The notes beneath the pieces were generated by a model. It saw nothing but the letters and a program-made list of their open reading frames with translations, did not search any database and had not been told where the DNA came from. Of a stretch of 64,000 bases of DNA, positions 9,660 through 18,689 are shown one piece after another. Origin of the DNA: Planctomycetota bacterium (GTDB lineage Bacteria; Planctomycetota; UBA1135; UBA2386); the NCBI GenBank assembly GCA_025459175.1, contig JALORC010000012.1:23978-87977 (forward strand), read 5' to 3'. The translations under genes and the position numbers were made by a program. Within the stretch, counting starts at the first letter, position 1, and every line of letters starts with the position of its first letter.

Positions 9660-10250
9660 ATGCCCAGAGCCAAGAGTCGACCGTCAGGACCTGACTGGGA
9701 GGCACTCTACCAGCGCGCCGAGACCCAGGCCGGCCACTTCACACTCGCTGACGCGAGAGCCTGCGGCTACTCGTCGCAGTTGCTGCAGAAGCACCTCGCA
9801 GCGGGCCGCATGCAACGAGTCCGGCGAGGCATCTACCGACTCGCCCACTTCCCGATCACGGCACACGAAGAACTGGTCGCGCTGTGGCTCTGGTCGGATC
9901 GGCTCGGCGTGTTCTCACACGAGACGTCGCTGGCGCTGCAAGACCTGTCGGACGTCCTGCCGGCGCGCGTGCACATGACGCTACCGACCAATTGCCAGCG
10001 CCGGCGCCAGCAGGTCCCGCCCGGTGTCGTGCTGCACTACGCCGACCTGCCGGCTCACGCCAAGGCGTGGCACGAGGCGATTCCGCTGACGGCGCCGATC
10101 CAGGTTCTCACCGAGTGCGTCGAGGCGAACGTATCGCCTGAGCTCGTCGACCAAGCGATACGGCAGGCGCTGCGCCGCGGGCTGGTGGCTCGCGAGGCGG
10201 CCGCAGCACTGCGGATGCGGATTCGGCATCGAGGACGTCGGACCGCTTGA
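9660..10250 (+). CDS. abiEi: Type IV toxin-antitoxin antitoxin, AbiEi family (wHTH transcriptional regulator)
   Basis: N-terminal AbiEi_4-like pattern (FTLADARACGYSSQLLQKHLAAGRMQRVRRGIYRL). Stop overlaps the downstream start (ATGA). Confidence 0.7.
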   Translation: MPRAKSRPSGPDWEALYQRAETQAGHFTLADARACGYSSQLLQKHLAAGRMQRVRRGIYRLAHFPITAHEELVALWLWSDRLGVFSHETSLALQDLSDVLPARVHMTLPTNCQRRRQQVPPGVVLHYADLPAHAKAWHEAIPLTAPIQVLTECVEANVSPELVDQAIRQALRRGLVAREAAAALRMRIRHRGRRTA

Positions 10251-11158
10251 CACACCCTCGCTACACAACGCCACAAGCCTTCAAGCAGGCGCTCGAGCAG
10301 CGCCTGCGCGCCACCTCCGTCACCGGGATCGACATCGAGCGGCGGCGCCAGCTGCTCGTGTTCGACCGGTTCCTGGCGCGGGTCAATGCGGCCGAAGGGG
10401 ACGCGGTCATCCTGAAGGGAGGGCTCGTGCTCGAACTGCGTTCGGCGCGAGCACGCACCACCAAGGATGTCGATCTGCGGATGATGGGCACCCATGCCGA
10501 GCTCCTGGTTCGCCTCCAAGCGGCCGGGCGCGCCGACCTGCAGGATTTCCTTCGTTTCGAAGTACAGCGCGATCGCCACCACCCGGACATCCGCAGCGAG
10601 GGCATGAAGTACGCCGGCTATCGATTCACGGCCGAATGCCGACTCGCGGGCAAGCCGTATGGACGGCCATTCGGCGTCGACGTGGCATTCGGCGACCCTC
10701 TCGTCGGCGCTCCCGATGAAGTTGTCGGCGACGACCTGCTCAGCTTCGCCGGGATCGAACCGGCCAGATTGCGCCTGTATCCCGTCGTCTCCCACATCGC
10801 CGAGAAGCTGCACGCATACACGTTGCCGCGAACGCGCCCGAACTCACGAATCAAGGACCTGCCGGACCTCGCCTTGCTGGCCAACGTCGGCACCCTGGAC
10901 GCACAGACACTGCGAACGGCGCTCGAACGGACCTTCGCATTCCGCGCCACCCACCCGCTGCCGATCGCGCTCCCGCCACCCGCCATCGACTGGAGCGCCC
11001 CTTATCGGGCGATGGCGCAGACGGATGAGCTGCCGTGGCCGGACCTGGCTGCAGTGACCGCCGCCGCGAGCACCTTTCTCGATCCCATCCTGATCGGCAC
11101 CGTGCACGAAGGCACCTGGCAACCAACATCGTGGCGCTGGCTCACGACACGACGCTGA
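10247..11158 (+). CDS. abiEii: Nucleotidyltransferase toxin, AbiEii/AbiGii family
   Basis: ILKGGLVLEL...TKDVDL nucleotidyltransferase core, about 300 aa, translationally coupled to abiEi. Confidence 0.75.
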   Translation: MTHPRYTTPQAFKQALEQRLRATSVTGIDIERRRQLLVFDRFLARVNAAEGDAVILKGGLVLELRSARARTTKDVDLRMMGTHAELLVRLQAAGRADLQDFLRFEVQRDRHHPDIRSEGMKYAGYRFTAECRLAGKPYGRPFGVDVAFGDPLVGAPDEVVGDDLLSFAGIEPARLRLYPVVSHIAEKLHAYTLPRTRPNSRIKDLPDLALLANVGTLDAQTLRTALERTFAFRATHPLPIALPPPAIDWSAPYRAMAQTDELPWPDLAAVTAAASTFLDPILIGTVHEGTWQPTSWRWLTTRR

Positions 11159-11167
11159 CCTCCCCAC

Positions 11168-12700
11168 TCAGCCCGGCAGCAGGCCACCCTGCAAGCGCAC
11201 ATACCCGCGCATGCCCTGCCGCCCACCCTCGCGCCCGAACCCCGACTCCTTGAAGCCACCGAACGGGCTCGCCGCATCGAAGCGGTTGAAGGTGTTGTTC
11301 CACACCACGCCGGCCTTCATGCGCTCGGCGAGCCACAGGATGCGCGCACCCTTGTCGGTCCAGATGCCGGCGCTCAATCCGTACGCGGTGTTGTTCGCCT
11401 TCTCGACCGCTTCCTCCGGCGTGCGGAACGTCAGCACGCTCAGCACCGGCCCGAAGATCTCCTCGCGCGCGATGCGGTGGCTCATCGTGACGCCGGTGAA
11501 CAGCGACGGCGGGAACCAGAACCCCTGCTTCGGCAGCGCACACTTCGGCTGGTACAGCTCACAACCACTCGCCTGCCCGTCACCGACCAGCTCGCGGATG
11601 CGCGCCAGCTGGGCCGCGCTGTGGATCGCGCCCATGTCGGTGTTCTTGTCCATCGGGTTGCCGACCCGGATCCGCGCCATGCGGCGCCGCAGCTTGTCGA
11701 CGAAGCGATCGTGCACACTCTCCTGCACCAGCAACCGCGAACCGGCGCAGCAGACGTGGCCCTGGTTGAAGAAGATGCCGCGCACGACACCCTCCACCGC
11801 CTGGTCGAGCGCCGCGTCCTCGAACACCAGATGCGCCGCCTTGCCGCCGAGTTCGAGCGTCAGCTCGACGTTGCGGCCGGCGACCGCGCGCTGGATCTCC
11901 TTGCCGACCTCGGTGCTGCCGGTGAACGCGACCTTCGCCAGCCCCGGATGCCGCACCAGCGAAGCACCGGTCTTGCCGTCACCGGTGATCACGTTGACGA
12001 CGCCCGGCGGCAGACCCGCCTGCTGGAACACCTCGCACAGCCGCAGCGCGGTCAGCGGCGACGTCTCGGCGGGCTTCAGCACCACCGTGTTGCCGGCCGC
12101 GAGCGCCGGCGCGATCTTCCACGCCGCCATCAGCAGCGGGAAGTTCCACGGGATCACCTGGCCCACGACGCCGAGCGGCTCGGGGTTCTGCCCTGGGAAC
12201 AGCAGCTCGAGCTTGTCGGCCCAACCAGCGTGGTAGAAGAAATGCTGCGCGGCGAGCGGGATGTCGACGTCACGCGTCTCCTTGATCGGCTTGCCGTTGT
12301 CGAGCGTCTCGAGGCACGCGAACTCACGCTGCCGCTCGAGCAGGATGCGCGCGATGCGGAACAGGTAGCGCGCCCGGTCCTCGCCCGACAGCTTGCGCCA
12401 GCCGACGAAGGCCTTCTGCGCCGCCTTCACCGCCGCGTCGACGTCCTGGTCGCCGGCCAGCGCGACTTCGCTGAGCACCTGCTCGGTCGCCGGATCGATG
12501 GTCGCGAAGTACTTGCCGGTCCTCGGTTTGGTCCACTGCCCACCGACGAACAGTTCGCACCGCTTCGGGATCGTGAAGTGGTCGATGCCCTCCGGCGACG
12601 GCGCGTAGTTCCACACGCCACCGAACGTCAGCTCGCGTTCGCCGCCGACCTCGGTCCCGCCCTTCGTCGCCGTCTCGGTCACAGTCTTCGTCTTGGCCAT
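11168..12700 (-). CDS. NAD-dependent aldehyde dehydrogenase
   Basis: Full ALDH: ELGGKAAHLVFEDA (Glu motif), FFNQGHVCCAGSRLLV (catalytic Cys), GTVVLKPAETSP. Start MAKTKTV at 12700. Confidence 0.85.
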   Translation of the reverse strand: MAKTKTVTETATKGGTEVGGERELTFGGVWNYAPSPEGIDHFTIPKRCELFVGGQWTKPRTGKYFATIDPATEQVLSEVALAGDQDVDAAVKAAQKAFVGWRKLSGEDRARYLFRIARILLERQREFACLETLDNGKPIKETRDVDIPLAAQHFFYHAGWADKLELLFPGQNPEPLGVVGQVIPWNFPLLMAAWKIAPALAAGNTVVLKPAETSPLTALRLCEVFQQAGLPPGVVNVITGDGKTGASLVRHPGLAKVAFTGSTEVGKEIQRAVAGRNVELTLELGGKAAHLVFEDAALDQAVEGVVRGIFFNQGHVCCAGSRLLVQESVHDRFVDKLRRRMARIRVGNPMDKNTDMGAIHSAAQLARIRELVGDGQASGCELYQPKCALPKQGFWFPPSLFTGVTMSHRIAREEIFGPVLSVLTFRTPEEAVEKANNTAYGLSAGIWTDKGARILWLAERMKAGVVWNNTFNRFDAASPFGGFKESGFGREGGRQGMRGYVRLQGGLLPG

Positions 12701-12714
12701 GGCTGTTGTCTCGT

Positions 12715-13620
12715 TCAATCGGCGCTGAAGTCGGTGGCGCGCTGGTAGCGGCCGGTGCGTTCCTTCTCGATCTGCATGCACACGTCGGTCAGCAGCGCGC
12801 TGGCGCCGAACCGGAACCACTGCGGGTGCAGCCACCGATCGCCGCAGGTCTCGGCAACCAGCACCAGGTACTTCAACGCGTCCTTGCCGGTGCGGATGCC
12901 GCCGGCGGCCTTCACGCCGACCATGTGCCCGGTCTCGAGATACCAGTCGCGCACCATCTCGAGCATCAGCAGCACCACCGGCAGCGTGCTCGCCGGCGTC
13001 ACCTTGCCGGTGCTGGTCTTCAGGAAGTCGGCGCCGCCGAGCAACGCGATGTGGCAGGCGCGGCGGATGTTGTCGTAGGTCTTCAGCTCGCCGGTCTCGA
13101 GGATCACCTTCAGGTGGGCGGCGCCGCACGCCTGCTTCACCGCGACGATCTCGTCGTACACGAAGCGATGGTCGCCGGCGAGGAACGCGCCGCGGTCGAT
13201 CACCATGTCGATCTCGGTGGCGCCGGCGGCGACCGCGAGTTCGACCTCGCGCAGCTTGGTCGGCCGATCGGTGCGCCCGGCCGGGAAGCCGGTGGCGACC
13301 GACGCGACCTGCACCGCGGTGCCGCGGCACGCCTGCACCGCGGTCGCCACCAGGTCCGGATAGACGCAGACCGCCGCACAACTCGGCACGTCGTCGCGCT
13401 GCGGCAGCGGCCGGATCGCCTTGCGGCACAGCTGGCGGACCTTGCCCGGCGTGTCCATGCCCTCGAGCGTGGTCAGGTCCATCATCGAGATCGCCAGCTG
13501 CAGCCCCTGCACCTTGCTGGCCTTCTTGATCGACCGGGTGCCGAGGTCGGCGGCGCGGGTCTCGAGCGCGATCGCGTCGACGGGGCTGGTGTGGAACTCG
13601 GACGGCGACAGGGCGGCCAT
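12715..13620 (-). CDS. deoC: Deoxyribose-phosphate aldolase (long form)
   Basis: DeoC motifs (VCVYP..., LKTSTGK Schiff-base Lys region, IDMVIDRG). Lies 14 nt upstream of the ALDH start on the same strand. Confidence 0.8.
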   Translation of the reverse strand: MAALSPSEFHTSPVDAIALETRAADLGTRSIKKASKVQGLQLAISMMDLTTLEGMDTPGKVRQLCRKAIRPLPQRDDVPSCAAVCVYPDLVATAVQACRGTAVQVASVATGFPAGRTDRPTKLREVELAVAAGATEIDMVIDRGAFLAGDHRFVYDEIVAVKQACGAAHLKVILETGELKTYDNIRRACHIALLGGADFLKTSTGKVTPASTLPVVLLMLEMVRDWYLETGHMVGVKAAGGIRTGKDALKYLVLVAETCGDRWLHPQWFRFGASALLTDVCMQIEKERTGRYQRATDFSAD

Positions 13621-13734
13621 GGCAGGCGGGCATCGTGCCCGCGCGGCGGCGCGAAGTCGACCACGAGGCTGGGCTCGAGCGCTCGCGGCAGTCGGATCCG
13701 GATTCGACTGCAACTTCGCGGGACCCGAACGGGG

Positions 13735-14400
13735 ATGTCCCGGCGGAGCCGCGGCGGCGACATGTGCGTGATCCCAACTATCGACCTATGGCCGCGGCTG
13801 CGGCGCTTGCTGCAACGGTTCGCCTACGGCGACCGCGCCGAGGACGTGGTGCAGGAGGCGACGCTGCGGCTGTGGCGGCGCTTCGGCGCCGAGCCGCCGC
13901 TCCGTGATGCCGTGCAGCTCGGCCGCAAGATGGTGCACGACTTGCTGGTCGACGATCACCGCCGACGCCGGCCCCAGCTGCTCGGCGATGCCGATGCCGG
14001 CCTGCCGAGCCGGCCGCCCCACCACGCGTTCGACTCACTGGCGGCGCTGGTCGGCGATGCCGCGCTGGTCCGAGCCCTCGGTCCGCGGGCGCTGCAGTTG
14101 CTCGAACTGCTCCTGGCCGGCGAGCGGCGCAACCGCGTGTTGGCGGTCTTGCTCGGCACGTCGCCGGCCGCGATCCGCCGCCGCCGCGCGCGCATCGCCC
14201 GCATCCTGAACGACCATCTGCGGCGTGAATTGCCCGCCGGCAGCGGCGTCGAGGATCCCTCCGAACGGTCTGTGGACGACGGTTTCCGATCATCCCAAGG
14301 AGGCTTCCAGTGTCACGAGTCCAAGTCCTGTCCACGTCCTTGCCAGCCGGCGGCGCCACCGCCGGGCGACGACGGCCCGCCCAGATCCATGCCAGAGTGA
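13735..14400 (+). CDS. ECF-like sigma factor with a C-terminal extension
   Basis: Sigma region 2-like EDVVQEATLRLWRRF and region 4-like LLELLLAGERRNRVLAVLLGTSPAAIRRRRARIARIL. Its stop TGA 14398-14400 overlaps GTG 14397 of the next gene. Confidence 0.45.
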   Translation: MSRRSRGGDMCVIPTIDLWPRLRRLLQRFAYGDRAEDVVQEATLRLWRRFGAEPPLRDAVQLGRKMVHDLLVDDHRRRRPQLLGDADAGLPSRPPHHAFDSLAALVGDAALVRALGPRALQLLELLLAGERRNRVLAVLLGTSPAAIRRRRARIARILNDHLRRELPAGSGVEDPSERSVDDGFRSSQGGFQCHESKSCPRPCQPAAPPPGDDGPPRSMPE

Positions 14401-17400
14401 GTGCGCTGCTGGCCGCCGCCGCGCTCGGTTCCCTGTGCAGCTCGGCACGGGCCCAAATGGTGCCCGGCAACGTGCCGGTGACGGTGCCGATCAACCAGAG
14501 CGTCGGCGCCGGCGCGACCACGAACGGCAACTTCTTCGACAACACCAAGGGCAACCTGGTGCGCCACCAGCTCGGCCACATCCGCCCGCTGGCACTCGGC
14601 GCCGGCGGCACGCTGCTGGCCCCGAACAACGCCGGGCAACGCCTCTCGATCCTGTTGGCCTCGACCGGCGCCCTGCTCGGCGAGATCCCGACCGGCCCCG
14701 GCATCACGGCGGTGCTGCCGCGGCCCGGCAGCAGCGAGGTCTGGGCCGTCGACAGCGTCAACGGGTGCGTCAGCGTGATCGACCCGGGCACGCTGCGGAT
14801 CGTGCGCACGATCCAGGTCGGCAAGGAACCACATGGCATCGTGTTCACAGCCAACGGCTCGCGCGCCTACGTGACTTGCTCGGCCGCCAACCGCGTCGAC
14901 GTCATCGACTGCGCCAACTACACCGTGCAGAAGAACATCCCGATCCCGGCCATCGGCCCGCGCGGCATCGCGATCACCGCGGCAGCCACGAACACCCCGG
15001 AGATCGTGTGGGTGGCGCCGATCTACTCGGGCAACAACACGGTGAGCAAGCTCACCGCACCGCCGCAGCCGCCCCCGTTGACGCCACCGTTCGCCGGCGC
15101 CCAGTCGGTCGTGGTGCCGAATCCTGCCCTCGGTGAGATCCCGTTGCCGGACCAGGATCTGTTCGCCATCCCGGTGACGGCGAGTGCAACCAGCGACGCA
15201 CTCGATCCGAGCCGCACCCGCACCGGACTCGGCACGATCCTGCTCAACCTGCACGCGCGCCCCGGCACCACGGAGCTGTGGATCCCCAACACCGACGCGC
15301 GCAACCTCACCATCGGCGAAGCCAACTTCGTCGGCGGCAAGGTGGTGTCCAATCGGATCACCATCGTGAACACGGCGACGTCGGTCGGCACGCTCCCGAT
15401 CGTGCTCGATCTCGACCTGATGGCCCCGGCCGGCGCCGCCCAGCCGGCGGCGGTCGCGTTCGATGCCCCGCGCAATCGCGCCTACGTCGCGGCGTTCGGC
15501 AGTGATGTCGTGCTGGTGCTGAACACCGGCGCCGCCGGCTACCCGGTGATCGGTCGTCACACGCTGCGCGCGCGGACGCCGTCGCTGCCGGTCGCCCCGA
15601 ACACCGCCGCCCGCTGCGGGCCGCGCGGCCTGCAGCTGTCGGCGAACGGCAACGAGCTGTTCGTCTATCACGGCATCGACAACTCGTGGACACGCATCAA
15701 CCTCGCCGTGCTGAACTCGGCGGCTCCGCTGGCCTCGACGCTGGGCTTCGATCCGACCCCGGCCGAGGTCAAACGCGGACTCGGCCATCTGGCCAATGCC
15801 GACCACTCGCCTAGCAAGACCAGTTCCTGCATGTCGTGCCACGTCGACGGACACTTCGACATGCTGACCTGGAACCTGGCCGCGTTCCGCGACCCGGCCA
15901 ACACGTCGAACCCGCAGTTCGAGATCGACGACAAGGGGCCGATGGCGACCCAGAGCCTGCGCGGCCTGTTCGAGTCCGGTCGCTTGCACTGGCGCGGCGA
16001 GCAGGTCGGCCTCGACGACTTCAACGTCGACGGCTTCCAGGTCCTGCTGCACCGATCCACGCCGCTGACCGCAGCCGAGTTCGAGGACGTGCGCGCCGGC
16101 ACCAACTCGCTGGTGTATCCGGCCAATCCACGCGCGCCGAACGACCGCGTCTACTCGGGCGCGCTCGGAACCGGACTCGATGCGTTCCGTCGCACCACCG
16201 CCGTCGGTCCCGACACCTGCGCGAGCTGCCACAGCCTGCCGCTCGGCACCAACACCGAACTGCAGGTGTTCGCCGCTTCCGGCATCCCCGCCCACTCGGG
16301 CAAGGTCGCCCAGTTGCGCGGTGTCGGCGACAAGGTTTCCCAGTCGGTACCCGTGTTCACCGACCCTGCGTACCTGGTGAGGGTATCGGCCGGATCGACG
16401 ATCCTGGATCGACGCAGCTGCAACGGCTGGGGCCTGACGCACGGCGCCACCGTCGACTCCATCGCGACCTTCGTCGCCACCTTCCCCGGCATCTTCTTCG
16501 CCGACCTGGTCCCCGAAGTGAGCGCCTTCGTCGACGCCTTCGACACCGGCCTCGCGCCATCGACGACCTGGCAGCGCACGCTGGTGCCCGTCGTGCACAC
16601 GCTCGCCGAATGGCAGGCCGCGCTGGCTGCATTCAAGGCCCAGGCCCAGGCCGGCAACTGCGATGTCGTGGTCGCCACCGCGGTGCTGGTCGGCGGCCTG
16701 CCGACGCCGGTCACCCTCTGCTGGGACCACGCGCTGCAGCGGTGGCAGACCGCGGCCGGTTGGGCGTCGTTCGACGACGCGATGATGGACGCCTTCCTGT
16801 TCGGCGCCGGCTTCACGGTCACGCTGTTCGGTCAACCACTCGGCACCGGCCGTCGCTTCGGGGTCGACCGCGACCTCGACGACCTGCTCGACGACGACGA
16901 GGCGAACTTCACGCCGTTCCTGCCGTCGCACCGCACCGATCCGGACACGGACCGGGACGGGTTCCCCGACGGCCACGAGGCCAAGCACGCGCCGACGATG
17001 AACCCGCGGGCGCTGAACACGACCTCGCCGGACGTGACCGCACCGCAGTTCACGTCCCCCGCCGGGAGCGTCGTCACCTGGGTGACGGCATCCTCCGCGA
17101 AGCTCGAGTTCACGACCGATGAACCGACCACGGCGGCGATCGATCTCGATCTGGAGGCGACCACGAGCCCGACCAGCGGCAAGTTCGACCGCAACCATGT
17201 GATCCTGCTGCGCGACCTGCAGTCGAACACGACCTTCTCGTTCTCGATCAAGATCATCGATGTGAAGGGCAACGCGAACTCCCTCGCGGTCAGCCTGACG
17301 ACGATGCCAACCGGCGACGGCCTGCGAGTGGTATCGATCCAGGCCGCTCCGTTCGTCGCGAGCAACCTCACGGTGACGGTGGCGATCGGGTCGTTGCAGA

Positions 17401-17693
17401 ACCCGACCTCGACCGCCGGTGCCGGCCACAGTGTGTTCGCCTACGCCTACGCCGATGCCAACACCGTGCCGCTGACGCAGATCGCCGCCTCGTTGGCCCC
17501 GGTGACCGCCGGTCCGACCAAGCAGGCGACGTTCACCGTGGCGGTGCCGGCGAACGTGCTCGCCGCTCCGGCCGGCACGCGTCGCCTGCACTTCGGCGTG
17601 CGAAACGTGATCCCGCCGTTCCCGCTCCCGGCCGGCGCCTTGCCATACATCGAGGCCAACGACGTGATCAGTCATCGGGTCATCACGTTCTGA
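14397..17693 (+). CDS. Large secreted protein with a YVTN beta-propeller, two CXXCH heme-binding motifs and an Asp-rich Ca-binding-like repeat
   Basis: GTG 14397 gives a clean signal peptide (SALLAAAALGSLCSSARA|Q); an alternative ATG at 14310 exists. Contains YVTN-type repeats (AYVTCSAANRVDVID), CMSCH at 15828-15842 and CASCH at 16218-16232 (about 130 aa apart), and DRDLDDLLDDDE...DPDTDRDGFPDG. Confidence 0.6.
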   Translation: MSALLAAAALGSLCSSARAQMVPGNVPVTVPINQSVGAGATTNGNFFDNTKGNLVRHQLGHIRPLALGAGGTLLAPNNAGQRLSILLASTGALLGEIPTGPGITAVLPRPGSSEVWAVDSVNGCVSVIDPGTLRIVRTIQVGKEPHGIVFTANGSRAYVTCSAANRVDVIDCANYTVQKNIPIPAIGPRGIAITAAATNTPEIVWVAPIYSGNNTVSKLTAPPQPPPLTPPFAGAQSVVVPNPALGEIPLPDQDLFAIPVTASATSDALDPSRTRTGLGTILLNLHARPGTTELWIPNTDARNLTIGEANFVGGKVVSNRITIVNTATSVGTLPIVLDLDLMAPAGAAQPAAVAFDAPRNRAYVAAFGSDVVLVLNTGAAGYPVIGRHTLRARTPSLPVAPNTAARCGPRGLQLSANGNELFVYHGIDNSWTRINLAVLNSAAPLASTLGFDPTPAEVKRGLGHLANADHSPSKTSSCMSCHVDGHFDMLTWNLAAFRDPANTSNPQFEIDDKGPMATQSLRGLFESGRLHWRGEQVGLDDFNVDGFQVLLHRSTPLTAAEFEDVRAGTNSLVYPANPRAPNDRVYSGALGTGLDAFRRTTAVGPDTCASCHSLPLGTNTELQVFAASGIPAHSGKVAQLRGVGDKVSQSVPVFTDPAYLVRVSAGSTILDRRSCNGWGLTHGATVDSIATFVATFPGIFFADLVPEVSAFVDAFDTGLAPSTTWQRTLVPVVHTLAEWQAALAAFKAQAQAGNCDVVVATAVLVGGLPTPVTLCWDHALQRWQTAAGWASFDDAMMDAFLFGAGFTVTLFGQPLGTGRRFGVDRDLDDLLDDDEANFTPFLPSHRTDPDTDRDGFPDGHEAKHAPTMNPRALNTTSPDVTAPQFTSPAGSVVTWVTASSAKLEFTTDEPTTAAIDLDLEATTSPTSGKFDRNHVILLRDLQSNTTFSFSIKIIDVKGNANSLAVSLTTMPTGDGLRVVSIQAAPFVASNLTVTVAIGSLQNPTSTAGAGHSVFAYAYADANTVPLTQIAASLAPVTAGPTKQATFTVAVPANVLAAPAGTRRLHFGVRNVIPPFPLPAGALPYIEANDVISHRVITF

Positions 17694-17711
17694 CCCGCGG
17701 CGGCGGTCGGG

Positions 17712-18125
17712 CTACTGCCGACCGCGCTCGACGTCGCCGAACGTGAACGGGTCCGGCAGCAGATCGCGCAGCATCGCCTGCCGCCGGACCCCACCGCGGC
17801 CGACCATCACCACCTGCATGCCGAGCCCGAACTCGGCCAGCACCTGGCGACACGCGCCGCACGGCCGCGCCGGCTCGTCGAGGTCGGTGACCACCGCGAC
17901 CGCGACCAGGTCGCGCGCGCCGGCGGCGACCGCGGCGGCGACCGCGTTGCGTTCGGCGCAGACGGTCAGCCCATAGCTCGCGTTCTCGACGTTGCAGCCG
18001 ACGAACACCCGGCCGTCGACCGCCCGCACCGCCGCCCCGACCTGGAACCGCGACGCCGGCGCGTAGGCGTTCGCCCGCACCGCGGTGGCGGCGGTGACCA
18101 GCGCGTCGACCGCGGCGCGATCCAT
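17712..18125 (-). CDS. cdd: Cytidine deaminase
   Basis: CAERNAV and PCGACRQ zinc-binding motifs, 138 aa. Confidence 0.85.
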   Translation of the reverse strand: MDRAAVDALVTAATAVRANAYAPASRFQVGAAVRAVDGRVFVGCNVENASYGLTVCAERNAVAAAVAAGARDLVAVAVVTDLDEPARPCGACRQVLAEFGLGMQVVMVGRGGVRRQAMLRDLLPDPFTFGDVERGRQ

Positions 18126-18592
18126 CACCGCACCTCCCGCCAGCTGCCGAACATCAGCGCCAACAGCGTCGCCGCGTAGCTGCCGAGCTGCAGCGCACAG
18201 ACGCCATAGGCGAGCAGCGAACCGTGGTGGTCGATCGCGACCTCGAGGTCGGCATGCCCCTGCAGCAGCAGGTAGCCGGCCGCGACCGCGCCGATCGACG
18301 CCAGCGCCGCCCACAGCCGCAGGTCGGTGTTGACCCGGTCGAGCAAGCGACCGAGGAACCACAGGATCGGCAGCCCGCCGAGCAACGTCGGCCAGAGCCA
18401 GCTCGGCGGCGCCGTGCCGACCCCGGACAGGAAGCAGGCCCAGATGCCCGCCATCGCGCCGATGCCGAACAGCTGCCCGCCGTGGCCCGGCCACAGCACG
18501 CCCAGCGCGCAGCCGCCGGCGAAGATCGCCGGCAACAGCCACTGGAAGCGCGCCCGCACCGCGGGGCGGGTCAACGTCACGAGCTCGGTCAT
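18125..18592 (-). CDS. Small polytopic membrane protein whose stop overlaps the cdd start
   Basis: Four predicted TM segments, with a TGATG overlap onto cdd. Confidence 0.45.
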   Translation of the reverse strand: MTELVTLTRPAVRARFQWLLPAIFAGGCALGVLWPGHGGQLFGIGAMAGIWACFLSGVGTAPPSWLWPTLLGGLPILWFLGRLLDRVNTDLRLWAALASIGAVAAGYLLLQGHADLEVAIDHHGSLLAYGVCALQLGSYAATLLALMFGSWREVR

Positions 18593-18689
18593 GGCACGGG
18601 GTCGGGCCCGGCTGGGCCGGGCGAGAGGGGCGGAGCATCATGGCGACGCCGGGGGCGCAGGGAAAGCCCGCCGTCGCTAGCATCCGCGC

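Noticed and set aside
11168-13777. 869-aa ORF that appears to fuse the deoC region and ALDH
   Set aside because: The upstream 360 aa of this frame are Arg-rich noise. DeoC is actually in a different frame, ending at a stop at 12715. The ALDH has its own ATG (MAKTKTV) at 12700.
14313-17675. 1,120-aa minus-strand ORF opposite the YVTN/cytochrome gene
   Set aside because: No motifs and extreme Arg/Gly content. The plus strand has a signal peptide, YVTN repeats and CXXCH motifs.
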